The notes under the pieces were generated by a model, which was given only the letters and a program-made list of their open reading frames with translations, was not told the origin of the DNA and did not search any database. The position numbers were made by a program, and so were the translations under genes. Of a DNA stretch of 64,000 bases, positions 1-13,517 are shown in pieces (the first letter of the stretch is position 1; each line of letters starts with the position of its first letter). This DNA is from Lama glama (taxonomy: Eukaryota). The stretch is taken from assembly GCA_028534125.1 (NCBI GenBank), contig CM052818.1, positions 8,930,001 through 8,994,000 on the forward strand. Direction: 5' to 3'.

Positions 1-734
1 AACAAATTCCTTTTGCCAAGGAATTGAGAACCTTGGCAAAAGGGTAGTTGACATGATGCATGATAGCAGGACAGAAGTCAAAGGGCCAAAGGAGCTCAAT
101 CATCGTGGAAGGATAGGAGGTTGAATCAGAGATTTGGATGCTTAAGTCTGTGGTTCAGGAGGTGGAGAAGTTTAGGAACATGACAAAGCCAGGATGTGAT
201 GGGGGAGAGTAGAGAAGACAGTCACTGGAGAATGTAAAGTCAAGAGATTAAGAGGCAGGTTATTGGAATCATCTGTGTGGATAGTGAAACCATCCAGCAG
301 GGTCTGGGCAAGAACTGGGGTCAGGGTCGTGGTGTGAAGGCCATGGAGCTAGGAGCTAGGAGAGTGAGGGAATGACCAGGAGGTCAGAAGATGGGAACCA
401 CCAGCTGGGGGGATGAGCACTGTGGAATGATGGCAGGATAGAGGCTCCACGAGGGAACGACTTTGAAAATAGATACCAGAGGCCCAGTCTGTTTCGCCCC
501 AGTTGTCTCTAGACCCAGGGCTCTGCAGACCACTGCCACGTCCCCTCACTTCCTTCTCTTCCCCAAGATGTCCATCAGGGACAAGGGCATGTGGAGGCCT
601 CCCTCCCTCCTCCCCCTCTTCTCCCCTGGAGGCTTTGTTGTCCATCAAATGAAACCCGCTGGGAGCCTGGCGGTAATCAGGAATCCCAGGCTTGTCTCAC
701 CTCTGCTACTCACCTTCTGTCTTTCCTCAGACAG

Positions 735-872
735 GCTGTTGACCTCTTCTGTCTCAGTTTCACTGTCTGTAAAATGAGGATGCTTAAACACACACCCCTC
801 TCAGGGCAACTGTAAGGAGTAGAGGAGATAAGTAAGTAAAAGCACTTTCTAAACTGTAAAGCACTGTAGGAA
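735..872 (+). mobile_element. MIR SINE fragment
   Basis: Core-like motif tctcagtttcactgtctgtaaaatgagg...gtaaagcact. Confidence 0.7.
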
Positions 873-3041
873 TGTGAGTGAATTCCCTTGTTCAGAACCC
901 CCTCACATCCACCCTCAGAAGCCCCCTCTCAGGACCTCTCTCAGGAGCCCTCCCAGAAAGACTGAGTCCCTGCTGCAGAGGAAGCTGTCATCTTGCCCCG
1001 GAGACAGAACACACACACCCAAAACAATTAGAGAGGAATGCACAGCTGTGTCTGATTAAGTGCTAAATTGTAAGATGCAGACAATGAGAGCTCTGAGATC
1101 AGACAAGGGAACAATTAGCCAGAGTTGGGAAAGTCTAGGAGACTTCCTAGAGAAGGTGGGTGGAAGGTGCCCAGGCTGCTCACTTATCCCGAGGAGAATA
1201 TTTGCAAATATGCCCATTCCTTTGTGGCTGCAAAGACTGTCAATCTGAAAATCGGACATGGGTCTACAGAAAGTTTCCCAGTCAAGATTTCTCTCTTGGA
1301 GCCCCTGCTTCTGTTGTCACTCCTATGCCCTACCCCCTCTCAAGTGCACTCCTGTGCTCCCCCTAGGCTGGTGGGCCACCTTGGCCCCAAAGAATCCTAT
1401 GTGCTTGGCCCTGGGCCTCTCATGTTTGGGTCTCTCATGTCACCCATTTCCTGGTGAAGAAAGAGGTTGACCTTCAGTAAGTTTCCTGTGCCCTCTTTTG
1501 TGCCAGCACACACCTGGTATTTTTGCCCAGCCAGACTGCAGGCTTTTGAGCAAGCAGTCCTGGAGGCCCCTGGCCAGCCTAGAGCACCTGCATGTTCATA
1601 GAACAAAAGCCTTGAGCCAGCTCCCACACCTGCTTCATTTGCTCTTTATTGCCTCTGCCTTGTTGTTCAGGAGCACCCAGCCACGTGCCGTGGAGCTGCC
1701 CCTCTCCAGCCTGAGTCCTGCAACCCCAGAGTTGGCTTCTGCCTCCTTGGTTATGTTGAAGTCAACTCCTGCAGCCCTTTGGACACAGTTCAGAATGAAG
1801 ACCTTCCTCCTCAGTAGCTAGACCCCATGGCCTGGTCGGTGCCTCCGCCATGGACCTCTGTCCTTCCTTCACCACAAGCCTGAGAAAGACCCCAGCACGC
1901 CCTGGAGCCAAGCGCTCACAGGTAGCGACAGAAGCAGAAATCCCCGAATCTCATCTATGCTGTGGACAAAGGTTTCTCCAAAAGGACAGCAGTAATTTGG
2001 CAGTCTGTTAATCAGTCCCAGGTGGGGCTGTGAAAACAACAGCCACCTTCTGTCAACAGTTAAAATATTAATTTCTGATGGAAAGTGTGGAATTCTTAGA
2101 ATTCTAGTCCAACTCCCTTGTTCCTTACAACTGAGAAAAAGAAGGCCCCAAAAGTAGCTTTCCGGAGGCCAAATTCCTGATCCTAGAGATAATATCTTGA
2201 ATGTTGGACAATTAAGTCACATGTTAAAAATCACCTGACTTCTAAAGCAGACCCTTTCTCCTAAGGTTACTTTGACTTTGCAACAGAAAAACATAAAACC
2301 TCATTATCAGATGCAGAGGCTAGAAACCAATGTCATGATTCCCCGGGGATTTGTTCCAAATCCCACAAAGTCCTGATGCAGGAAGCACTCAGAATTCCCA
2401 GGTGAGTAAAGTCCAGCTTGTACATGACATTGCAGTGATGTATAAGGTCAGCAGTTTGAAGAGGCACGAACAGTCATCTCTATTAGGGTCATCACAGTGT
2501 TTGGGGAATGGAATTCTCATTAAAGAGAAATGCAAAATTGTATTCCCAATTATTATCAAATTGCAAAATTACATTCAAGAGGAGAGGCCCATAATTGCAG
2601 CATCAAGCATGAGACAGTGCCATTAATACGATTATCAGGGCATAAGCCTATTAGAGACCTTAATGCCTCTTTGCTGGCATCATCCTTTGTAAAGCTTCCC
2701 CGGGTCTGGAAACCATCTCAGTTGTAAACACAACTGTTACAAAAGAGTGATTTCCAAGGGGCATAACAAAGATCTGCTGGCCTTTACCCAAGGTCAAAGC
2801 TGCCTGGCTAAGAACAGAGAACATTTCTGAAAAATGAAGACTCACCTGCCAACTCTAGTTGGTGTTATTGAGAAAGGATGTCCATCTAGCCCTGAGTCCT
2901 CTCCAGCCCTGCAGCAATCCAGTCATGGGTATAACTGTCACCTGGAGATATGCATGTGCCATTTAGGTGGGCACAGGGGCCCAAGTTTTGTCTGCTACAG
3001 GTGAAAAATTGTGGTATAGGAGTCTACGAACCCAGGTTCAA

Positions 3042-3280
3042 GGGGGTGGGAGGGGATAAATTGGGAGTTTGAGATTTGCAGATACTACTATATATAAAAT
3101 AGATAAACAAGTTTCTTCTGCATGGCACAGGGAACTATATTCAATATCTTATAGTAATCTATAATGAAAAAGAATATGAAAACAAATATATGTATGTATG
3201 TATGACAGAAACATTATGCTGTACACCAGAAATTGACACACTGTAAACTGACTACACTTCAATAATAACAAAAAAACAAA
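3042..3280 (+). mobile_element. 5'-truncated LINE-1 3' end with 13-bp TSD
   Basis: L1 3' UTR (gcacagggaactatattcaatatc...) with an A-rich tail. Perfect TSD aacccaggttcaa at 3029-3041 and 3281-3293. Confidence 0.9.
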
Positions 3281-3854
3281 AACCCAGGTTCAAATCCTAA
3301 TCTCAGAGAAAGCCCTGTGTGTCCTCATAGGTATAGTAACACCTGTGTCAAAGAGTTCCCAGGAAGGGAAGTTGAGGTTTCTTATAACCAAGTGCCTATA
3401 GACACCTGGTGCTTAATAAATGTTCATTTCTCCCTTGGCCTTGGCAATTGGACTAAGTCGTGACCAGAACGAAGCTCAGGTACCATCCTGGCATAGACTC
3501 CTGGGAGCCCATAGGAGGAACTGCTATCTGTCCTCCTTCCCAAAGAGTTCAGACATCATCAATCATTATCACCATGTAGAATGAAAAGATCTACTGGCTG
3601 TTCGTGGAAGGAGCCACCTGCTTGGTCTTTAAGAATCAGTGGCTTATGAAACTCACTTGGCAGACTATCACACGGTAAAACCACCACCAGGAGGGGCAGG
3701 GCCTCCTCCTTAAACATGACAGTCAGAGAAATCTGAGAGCAATGGACCCCATGGATAGTCTTAAAAGGGAAGCAGGATACTTGTAACAACTTGTGGGTGT
3801 ATCTCAAAACATGATGAATGAAGGAATTCATACAGGAGAGAATATACATGAAGT

Positions 3855-4110
3855 TCAGGAAGATGTAAAAACTAATCTATGCTGATAGAAATCAGAATGC
3901 TAGTTGCCTTAGGGATAGGAGAGAATTAACTGGAAAGAGGCATGAGGGAACTTTCTGAGATGAGAGAAATGTTCCATTTGTTGATTGGAATGATGATTAC
4001 ATGGGAGCATACCATTGTCAAAACTCATCATGCTGTACACTTTGGATTTGTGCATTTTATTCTTTATAAATTAGACCTCAATTAGCCAAAAAAAAAAAAA
4101 GGAAAAAAAA
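3855..4110 (+). mobile_element. Old L1M 3' UTR fragment
   Basis: aaactaatctatgctgatagaaatcagaa...gtcaaaactcatc...gtgcattttat followed by an A tail. Confidence 0.75.
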
Positions 4111-5109
4111 GGAAGCAGCAATGTTTAGGCAAAGGGGAGCACAGGCAAGGGGAGAAAGAAGGGAGCGCCCCACCATCCCTCACTGTGCTGGGCAATTTCT
4201 CCAGCACGAAACTCTGGGGCAGCTATGAACTGACCTGTCAAAAGAAACTACAGATAGGCGATGCAGTTTTCTCAAAATGAATATCCTATTCTGGGCCAAA
4301 CATTAGCTTTAAGCCCTTGTTCCTCTACAATTTGAAAACTTTCCATCACCATTTTCTTCTTTTCTCATCTAAAGCCAACCCAGGACATGTTTTTTTAAGA
4401 ACCAGCCTCCTTTAGAAGTCCCCCTGCCTCCACCCACAGCCACACATGCACATTATTGCATAACATTAACTCCATAAACCTCCAGCCCATAATGCCATAG
4501 AAAAAGGAAGCTGAGTTTAATTGACCAGCCAAAGTCAAATTAATGATCAGAAGTCAGAAAAAAGACAGTTTGAGTCATCAAGAAACTTTCAAGAAGAGAG
4601 AATCCTGACAATCAAAAATTTCAAAAAGCAGAGGCCTCCAAACGGTGGGAAAATGGAATGTGCAGTTGGAACTGGAACAAAAATCAGATTGTAGACCCAG
4701 CTCCTTTATTAAGTACTTGTGTGCCAAATCCCTTCTGTGCTGTCAAAGGGGATCTATTGCAGATGACAAAAAGATCATAGGCAGGGTGGCCTTGGCTTCA
4801 GATTGATTCCTCTGCTGTTCTTTGGGTTCCACCTTCTTCCCACCTCTGTTCCTTTCTACAGTCATCTCATTCAGAGCAACATCCAACAGAAAAATGACTC
4901 TTCTTCCCCTTGTCTCTTTTTATGCTCCAGAAAACCTTCCCTACAGTTTCCTACCAGAGTCCCCTTTTCATCTCATTGGCTGGCATAGAATAACATGACC
5001 CTCCCTGAGCCAGTCACTGACAAGTTGAGACTAATGATGGTTTACTCCTGAGTCCTCACATAAAGAAGGTCTGGACCTCCAAACAGTCCGTGCTACCAAC
5101 CAGGACAAA

Positions 5110-5532
5110 GAGGGTGTAACAGGTAGGGTTTCCCTGGCCCTGCATGGAGGAAGTTTATTGGGGAGTACTCTCAGCATCAGCACCTGGGAGGAAGTGAAAT
5201 AAGCAGAGATGGACAAAGGGAGAAGTTAAACTGCAATGCAGTCATAATAAAATCCTTAGCTGATCTTTCAGAGAGCTCTGGTGCTGGGACAACTCAGGGT
5301 TGTCCCAAATCGGGGTAAGAGAGCTGGACCCTTTCACTCCTGCATCTCCCAGACGTTGGATGTGGGCTGCTCCTGGGAAGGGTGCATTACCATGGCAGCT
5401 CTTCTCAGCAGAGGAAAAGTCTCAGAGAGGGACTAGGTGGACAGTTGATGCTGTCAACTCTTTCAGTAGATGGGGAAATGAGTGCTTCAGGCTGGGAGGG
5501 GAATCTGGGTGGTTCAACACATCATCCACTAT
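5110..5532. mobile_element. Old ERVL-class LTR (LTR33/LTR41-like)
   Basis: Motif ggaagtttattggggagtactctcagcatcagcacctg...ggagaagttaaactgcaatgcag, from recall of the consensus. Confidence 0.55.
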
Positions 5533-6746
5533 AAGAGCGATGGATGTTGCGTGAGCAATCCCTCAGGTCTCCCGGAAACCAACTAGGAGTCCACAGTCGT
5601 GTCCAGAGAAAACATTATATGTCAGCCTTTGCCAGGACCGTCTCTGGAACCCAATCATCTCATTACCCTTCCACTTCCTTAGAAAGGGGTGACGGAAGAG
5701 CCTCCAAGCATCAGCTACCATCCTGGTTTTTAAGAGTGGGGTGGCTGGGAGATGGCTATGTGGACTGAGTTTGGGCAGGACCCAAGCCCTCAGACTTAAG
5801 GCGCATGATGCCCACAAGAATGAAAATCCACAGGAATAGTCTTGAACAAGCTGGGAGCCTGCTAAGCCCTGGCATCTGCTGAACTTCCCAAATTACACAC
5901 ATTAAGCTGTTCAGTTCCACATTTCCATAGTGTGCTTCCTGCCAAGCTTCCTAGCACAGTCTATCCAATGGGGAAATCAAAACGAGCAGTTAGACCAATT
6001 ATGGATACGACAGGTCAAACAAATAAGCCTTTATCTAGGACTTAAGCAGACATAGTCAACAAGAGTCTAATCCAAAAATTGAGATTTGGACAAAGAAAGG
6101 CTTTATAAAACAAAAAGGTGGGGGGAGTAGAGATATTTGCATGAATTTTTTGTCTGTCTCACTGAAAAATACTAAAATAACATTTTATCCAGTCTCCCCA
6201 TGCAGCCCTGTCCCCGATCCTCCACCCCAAACCCCTTGAACATTCACTCTCTAGCTCTGCTACCAACCTGGCTGTAGGGCCAACTCACCGAGAAGTGTTA
6301 CACTAGGGTGTAAAAATAGTTGTCACTGAAAGGAGCCAGGGAGTTTTCTTTGTTAGTTGTTATATATCTAGTTAAATATAAATTAAAGCCAGAGAATTAA
6401 AGCCATACCCAGGAGTGTTTGTGTATATATTCAGGAAGTGCAGAGGCTATGTGTCACAGAAACCCCAAGCATTTCAGCTAAGTGAGAAATTCTAGGTAAA
6501 ATGAATTGCTTGAATCCAATAATCTGCCACCATTGTAGTAGGGGGCCAGATACGATAGAACTTCATTGTTTTATTATCATTTTTTAAGAAGAAAAACTGT
6601 TTACAAGTTTCTGATCACTCCTCATTCCAACAGGAGAGGCCTCAAGTCTCGTGGCTACTCATTGTTCTGTGGAAAAGGAAATGCAGAATAGTTTCTTTCT
6701 TTCTTTCTTTCTCCTTTTTCCCGTCTCTGGACTAACAAAAGCCATG

Positions 6747-6975
6747 TACGGGTCATAATCCTTTCTGCAGTTCTGAAATCCATAAAGCTCTGGGAAACGA
6801 AAGCTTTTCATAGTGGCACTAAAACTAACTTGGCCGCAAAACCTGACTGGAAATTATAGGAAGGTAGTTCTGGTTTCAATTTATACTGTATTTCACTACA
6901 AATATGTTCACGTGTTTGATCACAGGTGCTGCTCCAGACACACTAATATATCTGAATGAAGATACATATTTGGGG
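6747..6975 (+). mobile_element. MER46C-like (TcMar-Tigger) DNA transposon fragment
   Basis: ctgaaatccataaagctctg...ttggccgcaaaacctgac resembles the MER46C 5' part. Confidence 0.6.
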
Positions 6976-7825
6976 GAATTACCAGCATAGAGATGGTAAC
7001 TGAAGTCATGGGAATGGTTGGAACGGTCCAGGGAATGAAGAGACTGAGCGGAGAAAAGGGCCGAGGACCAAATTCAGAGAACGGGACTGAGGGAGGGTCA
7101 AGGATCCGGGAAGGACTGAGAAGAGGGAGGAGAACAGGGTGTGGAGATGCAGCCGCCAGGGGAAGAAAGGGTTTGGGCAGGGAGGGTGGGTGTCAGTGTT
7201 GGCCGCACAGAGATCAGTGGTGGTCTTGGCTCCCAGGAGGCTGAGAACTTGTCTTGAACCTACTTTATCTTTTTAACAGCACTGAGCTATGCTTTGTTCA
7301 TGGTAGGTGCCCAATAAAGACCTGTTAGTTAACTGAATATGTCAGTTAAACCCACAGATCAGAGGGACAAACTGGCTTTTGTGAGATCTTGTTTGGGATT
7401 AAAGACTGGGAAGACAACAGAAAGGGCAAGAGAAAGAGCCTGGCAATGACTAAGAATGAGCCAAGTTTGCTCACTGGCCTGAACAGCTGGAAAGGAGAAC
7501 GTTTTGCTTCTTACTACATGGAAGAGCCAGAGGGCTGGGTAACGCGAAACAGTAAAATTAGTAGGTCATTGAAAAGAGTAAAAACCCTGGTAGAGAGAGA
7601 AAGTCGATTAACCAAATAAACATTTACTCTTAAACTATGGGTCAGGGCAATTTATAGAATGTTAGAGATAACCATATCAACTATCAGTTCACAAATGATA
7701 AAATAAACACTCAGAGAGGTGGAGAGGCTCTCTTAAGGAAATAGCAAGTTACTGGCAAAGCCTGGACTCAAACTGAGGGCCCAGGCCCCAGTCCAGTGCT
7801 ATTTCTACTATAAACATAAAATCTC

Positions 7826-8296
7826 TACAATGGAATACTATTCAGCCATAAAAACCAACAACATAACGCCATTTGCAGCAACATGGATGCTCCTGGAGAA
7901 TGTCATTCTAAGTGAAGTAAGCCAGAAAGAGAAAGAAAAATACCATATGAGATCGCTCATATGTGGAATTTAAACAAACAAACAAACAAACAAACAAACA
8001 AAACTTAAATACAAAACAGAAACAGACTCATAGACATAGAATACAAACTTGTGGTTGCCAAGGGGGCAGAGGGTGGGAAAGGATAGACTGGGATTTCAAA
8101 ATGTAGAAAAGATAAACAAGATTATACTGTATAGCACAGGGAAATATATACAAGCTCTTATGGTAGCTCACAGAGAAAAAAATGTGACAATGAATATATA
8201 TATATGTTCATGTATAACTGAAAAATTGTGCTCTACACTGGAATTTGACACAACATTGTAAAATGATTATAAATCAATAAAAAAAGTTTAAAAAAA
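7826..8296 (+). mobile_element. Young lineage-specific LINE-1 3' end with perfect 14-bp TSD
   Basis: ORF2 end plus 3' UTR, AATAAA and poly(A). TSD aaacataaaatctc at 7812-7825 and 8297-8310. Highly similar to the copy at 55030-55497. Confidence 0.95.
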
Positions 8297-10984
8297 AAAC
8301 ATAAAATCTCGCTCCTGGGCCCCTCTCCCCATTTCCTGCCTGTCTCTCTATGCTCTTATTAGTAAAATCTGGTTAAAATGAACATCTGGGCAGAGTGGGC
8401 AGTTGAGGAGGAAGAGTCAGGGTGAAATAGGCTATTTGCCACTGTGACCAGCAACCTCTCAGAATCAGGTTGTGCCAGACACAAACCAGGCAGGGCTCAA
8501 GGGAATTCAATTCTACTTTCCCTCCCCTCTCTCTTTTGGTTTGGTTCGTAGGTGAACCATCGTGCAAGTCAGCAACTGGCACAGGGAAGACTATAAACAT
8601 ATTTTCTTGACTTGGTGAGATGAGAGATTAGTTAAAGGAAAGAAAACAGACACTGGAGAATGGGTGGAGCCATGTGACTCTGGGGGAACCGTTTCAGTGA
8701 AATATTACCCGAGTGTCTGTTATAAGCAAGACTAAGGAGAGTGAAACACGGTCCTTGCCCTTAAAATGTGTGACTGTTTGCTGCTCTATCTTCTGACACC
8801 CAGCACAGTGCCTGGTAGGCAAAAGGGGCTCAGTTAACCTTTGAATGAAAGAATCAGATGTCCATTCTTGAAAAGATGCAGCACATCTTTTAGGTAGAAA
8901 AAAAATTCCTATACCTTTTTCCTTGATTTTTTAGATCCATTAGTCCCAACAGGTACTCTTTGCTTCCATACATCAGGAAAACTAGGCCTCAGGGGCCAGC
9001 ATTTCCCCTCTCCTGGTGTTCAACACTGCCCAGTTGGCTATCCCAGTTGCATCTGTCAGCTGCCCCTCAGAGTCTCAGGCATCAGGAGGAGACTCAGACC
9101 CTAGCAGAGTCTGCTCCAAGACTACCAAGTTCTCATGTCTAAGGTCAAACAAGCCATCCTGGCTGTAAGGAGACAGTTGCTCCTCATTTAGTGGCAAGAT
9201 GCAAGCCTGTCTGATGGACTGTGGTATCAGGGGCCAAAAGCTGTTCTTATTTTGCTCCCGAAAATCACTTTTGCTTACCAGAAAAGGGAAGTTTTAACCT
9301 CTACAGCCTGGAACACAACATTCCAAAACAGCTGGAAAGTCCTTGGAAACTTCTCAGATGAAATGAATTAAAACTTTCCTGTGCCCCAAGGGTCAAATCC
9401 TGCTGTTCGTGGATAACCTTCAACTTGCGGTCCAGCTTAGTCTCTGGATGAACAAGTCTCCTAAGGACCTGGGAATTTGGGTTGGAAGGCTGTGTCATGC
9501 AGAAGGTGCCAACTGTTCCTGCAGGGAAACAGTTATTTTCTGCCTCAGAGGTTCTAGGCCAGGAGTGTAGGAGAGCCCAAAGACGTTTCTGCTAGTGACT
9601 TTTACCATGGCTCATACCCCTGTTTCTCAGCCAAAGGAATCCTATCCCTCCAGCCCACCCCGGGAAGAAGACAGCTCCATGATACACAGCATTGAGTCCT
9701 ATGCTCACCGTCAGAAAGGCCAGCTTCATTCTGGGAAGAATTGATGGTGTCAGTCTCTCTGCACAATGCCAATAAGCATGTATCACTGAAACCAAGTGAG
9801 AGGGTTACCATAGCAGGAAGGCAGCGCTTGCCTTGCTCTCCTGCTACTGAGAGACTTCTTAGTGCAAGGAGCTGAGCCTAGCCCTGGCTTAGCCACACAC
9901 ACAGCTGGGAGGCATTTCAGGAAAAAGGGAGCCATTGTCCCTAGCAGGAAGCATGCTTTGCCAGCGTGTCTCTTCATCAGCCCAACACAGGTCAGTTTCT
10001 CTGCCTGTGGATCAACAAAGTCCCTCTCAACAAATGTCAAATGCTTTTGTATGTGAAAAGATTGCCAAGAACGGATATGGTTGAGGTATCTAATCATAAC
10101 TTAGGGGTTATTTTGTCCAGTCTAATTCAGTAAATATCGACTGAGTGGCTGACTTAGAAGAAACACTGCCATGTTTTACTGGAAAACCAATGTAAGACCC
10201 AGGTCCCTGACCTCTGATCTCTGACCTCTGACCTCTAGGACCTTATCATCTAGTGGTAGGAGGCCCCGAGCATGTCAGCTGTGGGCTCTGACACACCCAG
10301 TGTCTCCTATAGAGGGACAGCCTACCCCACCTAGAGCCTCAGAGAGAGAGCACTAGGGTGTTCTATGTCCAGGAATGGCCACTGATTGGTCCAGGAGCAG
10401 GTGCCTAGCCCAAGGGCCACCCCTAATAGGCTAGGCAGTTGCCTTGAGTGGAATGGCATGGAAAGATGGCAAAACTTATGGGAGCTGAGTGTACGTGGAG
10501 GAGGCTGAGGGTATATGCATGGGTAGGAGCTGGGTCCTTACAGGCCATGCCCTGGAGAGAAGCTCCTTTGATCTGTCTTTCCTGAGGCCCAACTGTTTTC
10601 CTTTTCTCTTGGCTCCTCTATATACATCCCCTTTTGATACCCACGCCTTAACACACACACCTCCACATACACACTTCCATTACCACCACTACTTATGGTC
10701 ACAAGAGAATCTCCATTCCTGATCAAAGGGGAAGAGGAATAAGAGAAGTCATGCAATCCCCATGGCAGGAACTGGAGGGCTTGTGATCTCAACCTTTGAG
10801 TCTAGACATAGTTCGAGGCTTGCCTAGGCCTGACATGGCCACAGAAATTGTAAGCTCCATGAGGGCTGCCTTGTTTGTTGCTGTATCTCCTAGCTTGGTG
10901 CCTGCATAAAGCTGGTGATCAGTAAGCGCTGGCTGAATTAATAATGGAATAGACTGGGAAACAGGGAGATTAACTGAGGGTTAG

Positions 10985-11400
10985 CAGTGGCTATCTCCCA
11001 TGAGTCACAATCTCTATTCTCGCTGCTCCATGCCTGGGAGGCTGACCTATAGTTACATTCAAAGGCTTCCTTATCCCTGACTTCCAGTGGGGTTCAGCCA
11101 AATGCAGAACCCTTGCTAGGTATCAGAGAGGAGGCAAATGATATCAGGGTATACATGCCTCCACGAAGGCTACATTCATGTCAGGAGGCCTTCTCCATCC
11201 CACCCCTCTGTCTCCCACTTCTCATACTTCTTTGGGCCTTCGCGGTGGTAATGACCCCCAACCCAATGTTACCAGCCCTAGGCAACACCAATCCTTTATG
11301 GTTTCCTAGCCAACCCTTGTAAATAACGCCTTCATTAAACACTCCTCAGGGCACCCAATTTGAATGTAGCATCTGTTTCCTGTTAAGATCTCAACTGATA
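10985..11400 (+). mobile_element. Old ERVL-class LTR (LTR33/LTR16-like)
   Basis: gcctgggaggctgacct...cttccagtggggttcagccaa...ttcattaaac...catctgtttcctg pattern. Confidence 0.55.
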
Positions 11401-12789
11401 GAGGTTCCAAAAATCAACTGCACGCTTCTTGCTATCTGGTTTTCTCCATGTACTAGTACATTCCGCTCAGCTCTATCAGCAAACACTCATGGCTTCACAG
11501 AGGCAAGCTGGCTGGGAAGATGTTTGCTCAAACTGGCCCAGTATGAGGTGAGGGTGGTGGGTGGCAGAAGGGAAGCAAGAGAGTGTCCTGCCTCAATGCT
11601 AGTAAGCACACGGCATAAACACCTAGCGAGGAAGATGCCTAACTTGGTATCCACCTTCCCAGCATGAAGGGGTCTGACCTTCCATTAAGCAAGGAAGTTT
11701 TCCTTCTCGATAACATTGGTTTCTTTGGCTAAGGATGCTTTGTTTTGAGTTATATTTTATTGTACAACCACAAAATAATAATCAAAAAGTTCTTTAGGTG
11801 AGGATGCCATTGCTCTGCTTTAACTGCACATTTAATTTACCCAAATTAATGCAGCAGAAGCAGAGTGGAGGTGGAATCTTCTTTCTATGTCATTTACGTC
11901 TTTTAATATTGATAAGCTCTTGAAAAGCAAGGGTTACTGAGCACTTCAAGCTGTGTTCCTCTTTCAGCCTTTCGTGTGGGGTTTAGGGAAAGTGGGTGGA
12001 TGCAGTAGGAGTATTTTATTTTTATGACAGTTTACCCTCTCTGAACACACTAATGGGGAAAAGTTCATTTTTAATTTTCTAAAAAGGAGATTCAAAGGGT
12101 CTCAAGTGATCTGAAGCTTTCTCTCACCTCTAAAAAAATATCTTTCCACAACTCTCTGGTGCATATTATCTTGTCTACTTGGGATCTACTTTTAAAGCAG
12201 GTTTCCCACCAGGCAGATTCAACAGCAGTCTAAGATAGAAATGCCTGATATCCTACTTAAGACGCAAATGGAAAAACACAGCATTTGAACTTACTTGTTC
12301 TGTTTTTTTTTTTCCCTCTCCCTCATCCCCTTAAAAAAGGGTATACCGGTTTCTTCATTTCTCAGTCTTTTGGCAGCAGCCATTTAAAAGAAAGAATCAC
12401 GCGGTAATTATTAATTTTGCTTGGGATCAACTCTGGCCTCAGCTTTCATATGAGATGCAGTTACATGAAAAACAGACTGCGTTAATTTCATCCCCTCTGG
12501 GGTTGCTTGGCAACAAGGCCTTGTTCCAGATCATCTCTTCTTCTTGGCCTGGAGTGATCTCTTTAGGGCGTCACTTATGCTAAGGCAATCATCACCCTGT
12601 TGCTGTCCCTTCTGAATGTGTCCCTGTGGTCCCGATGGTTGGTGGCTTTGCTCCAGTCATACTGGCTGGGGTCTGTAAAAGCCCTGAGCTTGTCAGCACA
12701 GAGAATGAACTATGCTTGAGGAATTTAAGATTTAAAAAGTAGAGTTAGACAGGAAAGAGAGGGAGCATGAACAATGTCTAAAGCAAGGC

Positions 12790-12995
12790 TAGAGGACAGT
12801 GGGGCAGAGATGGGGTAAATACTAAAGGGATAAATACTAATGCACACAGGGTTTCTTCTGGGGGGATGAAAGCGTTCTGGAATTGTGATAGTTGCATAAC
12901 CGTGACTATACTAAAAACCACTGAAATGTATGCTTTAAAGGGTGAATTTTATGGCATAAAAATTGTAAGTCAATTTAAAAAACAGAATGAAAAAA
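12790..12995 (+). mobile_element. L1MB-type 3' UTR fragment
   Basis: cagggtttcttctggggggatgaa...atactaaaaaccactgaa...gtgaattttatgg. Confidence 0.75.
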
Positions 12996-13019
12996 AGCAA
13001 TGGGTAATACCTTTAAAAA

Positions 13020-13517
13020 TGTAGTGAGAAATTCCATTTACCCTTACTCGTATGCTCTTTATTCATTTACCCCAATAGTAACATCTTGCATAACTATAGT
13101 GATGTATCACAACCAGGAAGATGACTTTAGTACAATCCACAAAGCTTATTTCAATTCCACCAGCTTTACATGCACTCGTGTGTGTGTGCACGCACATGTA
13201 ATTCTATGCAATTTTATCATATGTGTATGTTTGTGTAATTACCACCACAGTCAACATACAGAATTATTTCATCATCACAAGGATCCTTCCTGCTCTGTTT
13301 GTACTCATGCCCCCCCTCTCTCTATCCCTAAACCCTAGCAAACACTAATCTATTCTCCATCTCTATAATTTTGTTATTTAAAAGTTTAAATATAAATCAC
13401 TATATGTTATATAAAATGTTACATAAATGTAATATTTTGAGTTTGGTTTTTCCTAGTCAACATAATTTGAGGTCCATCTAGGTTGTTGTGTGTATCAATA
13501 GTTCATTTCTTTTATTT
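13020..13517 (-). mobile_element. Old L1M 3' region (apparent host of the PIGP retrocopy)
   Basis: Antisense L1 3' UTR motifs (gcaaacactaatctattctccatctct, atcaatagttcattt) that stop abruptly at the retrocopy tail. Confidence 0.7.

Noticed and set aside
349..2845. Cluster of 60-110 aa ORFs
   Set aside because: They overlap on both strands, show no recognisable domain, partly lie in MIR/L2 remnants, and are expected by chance.
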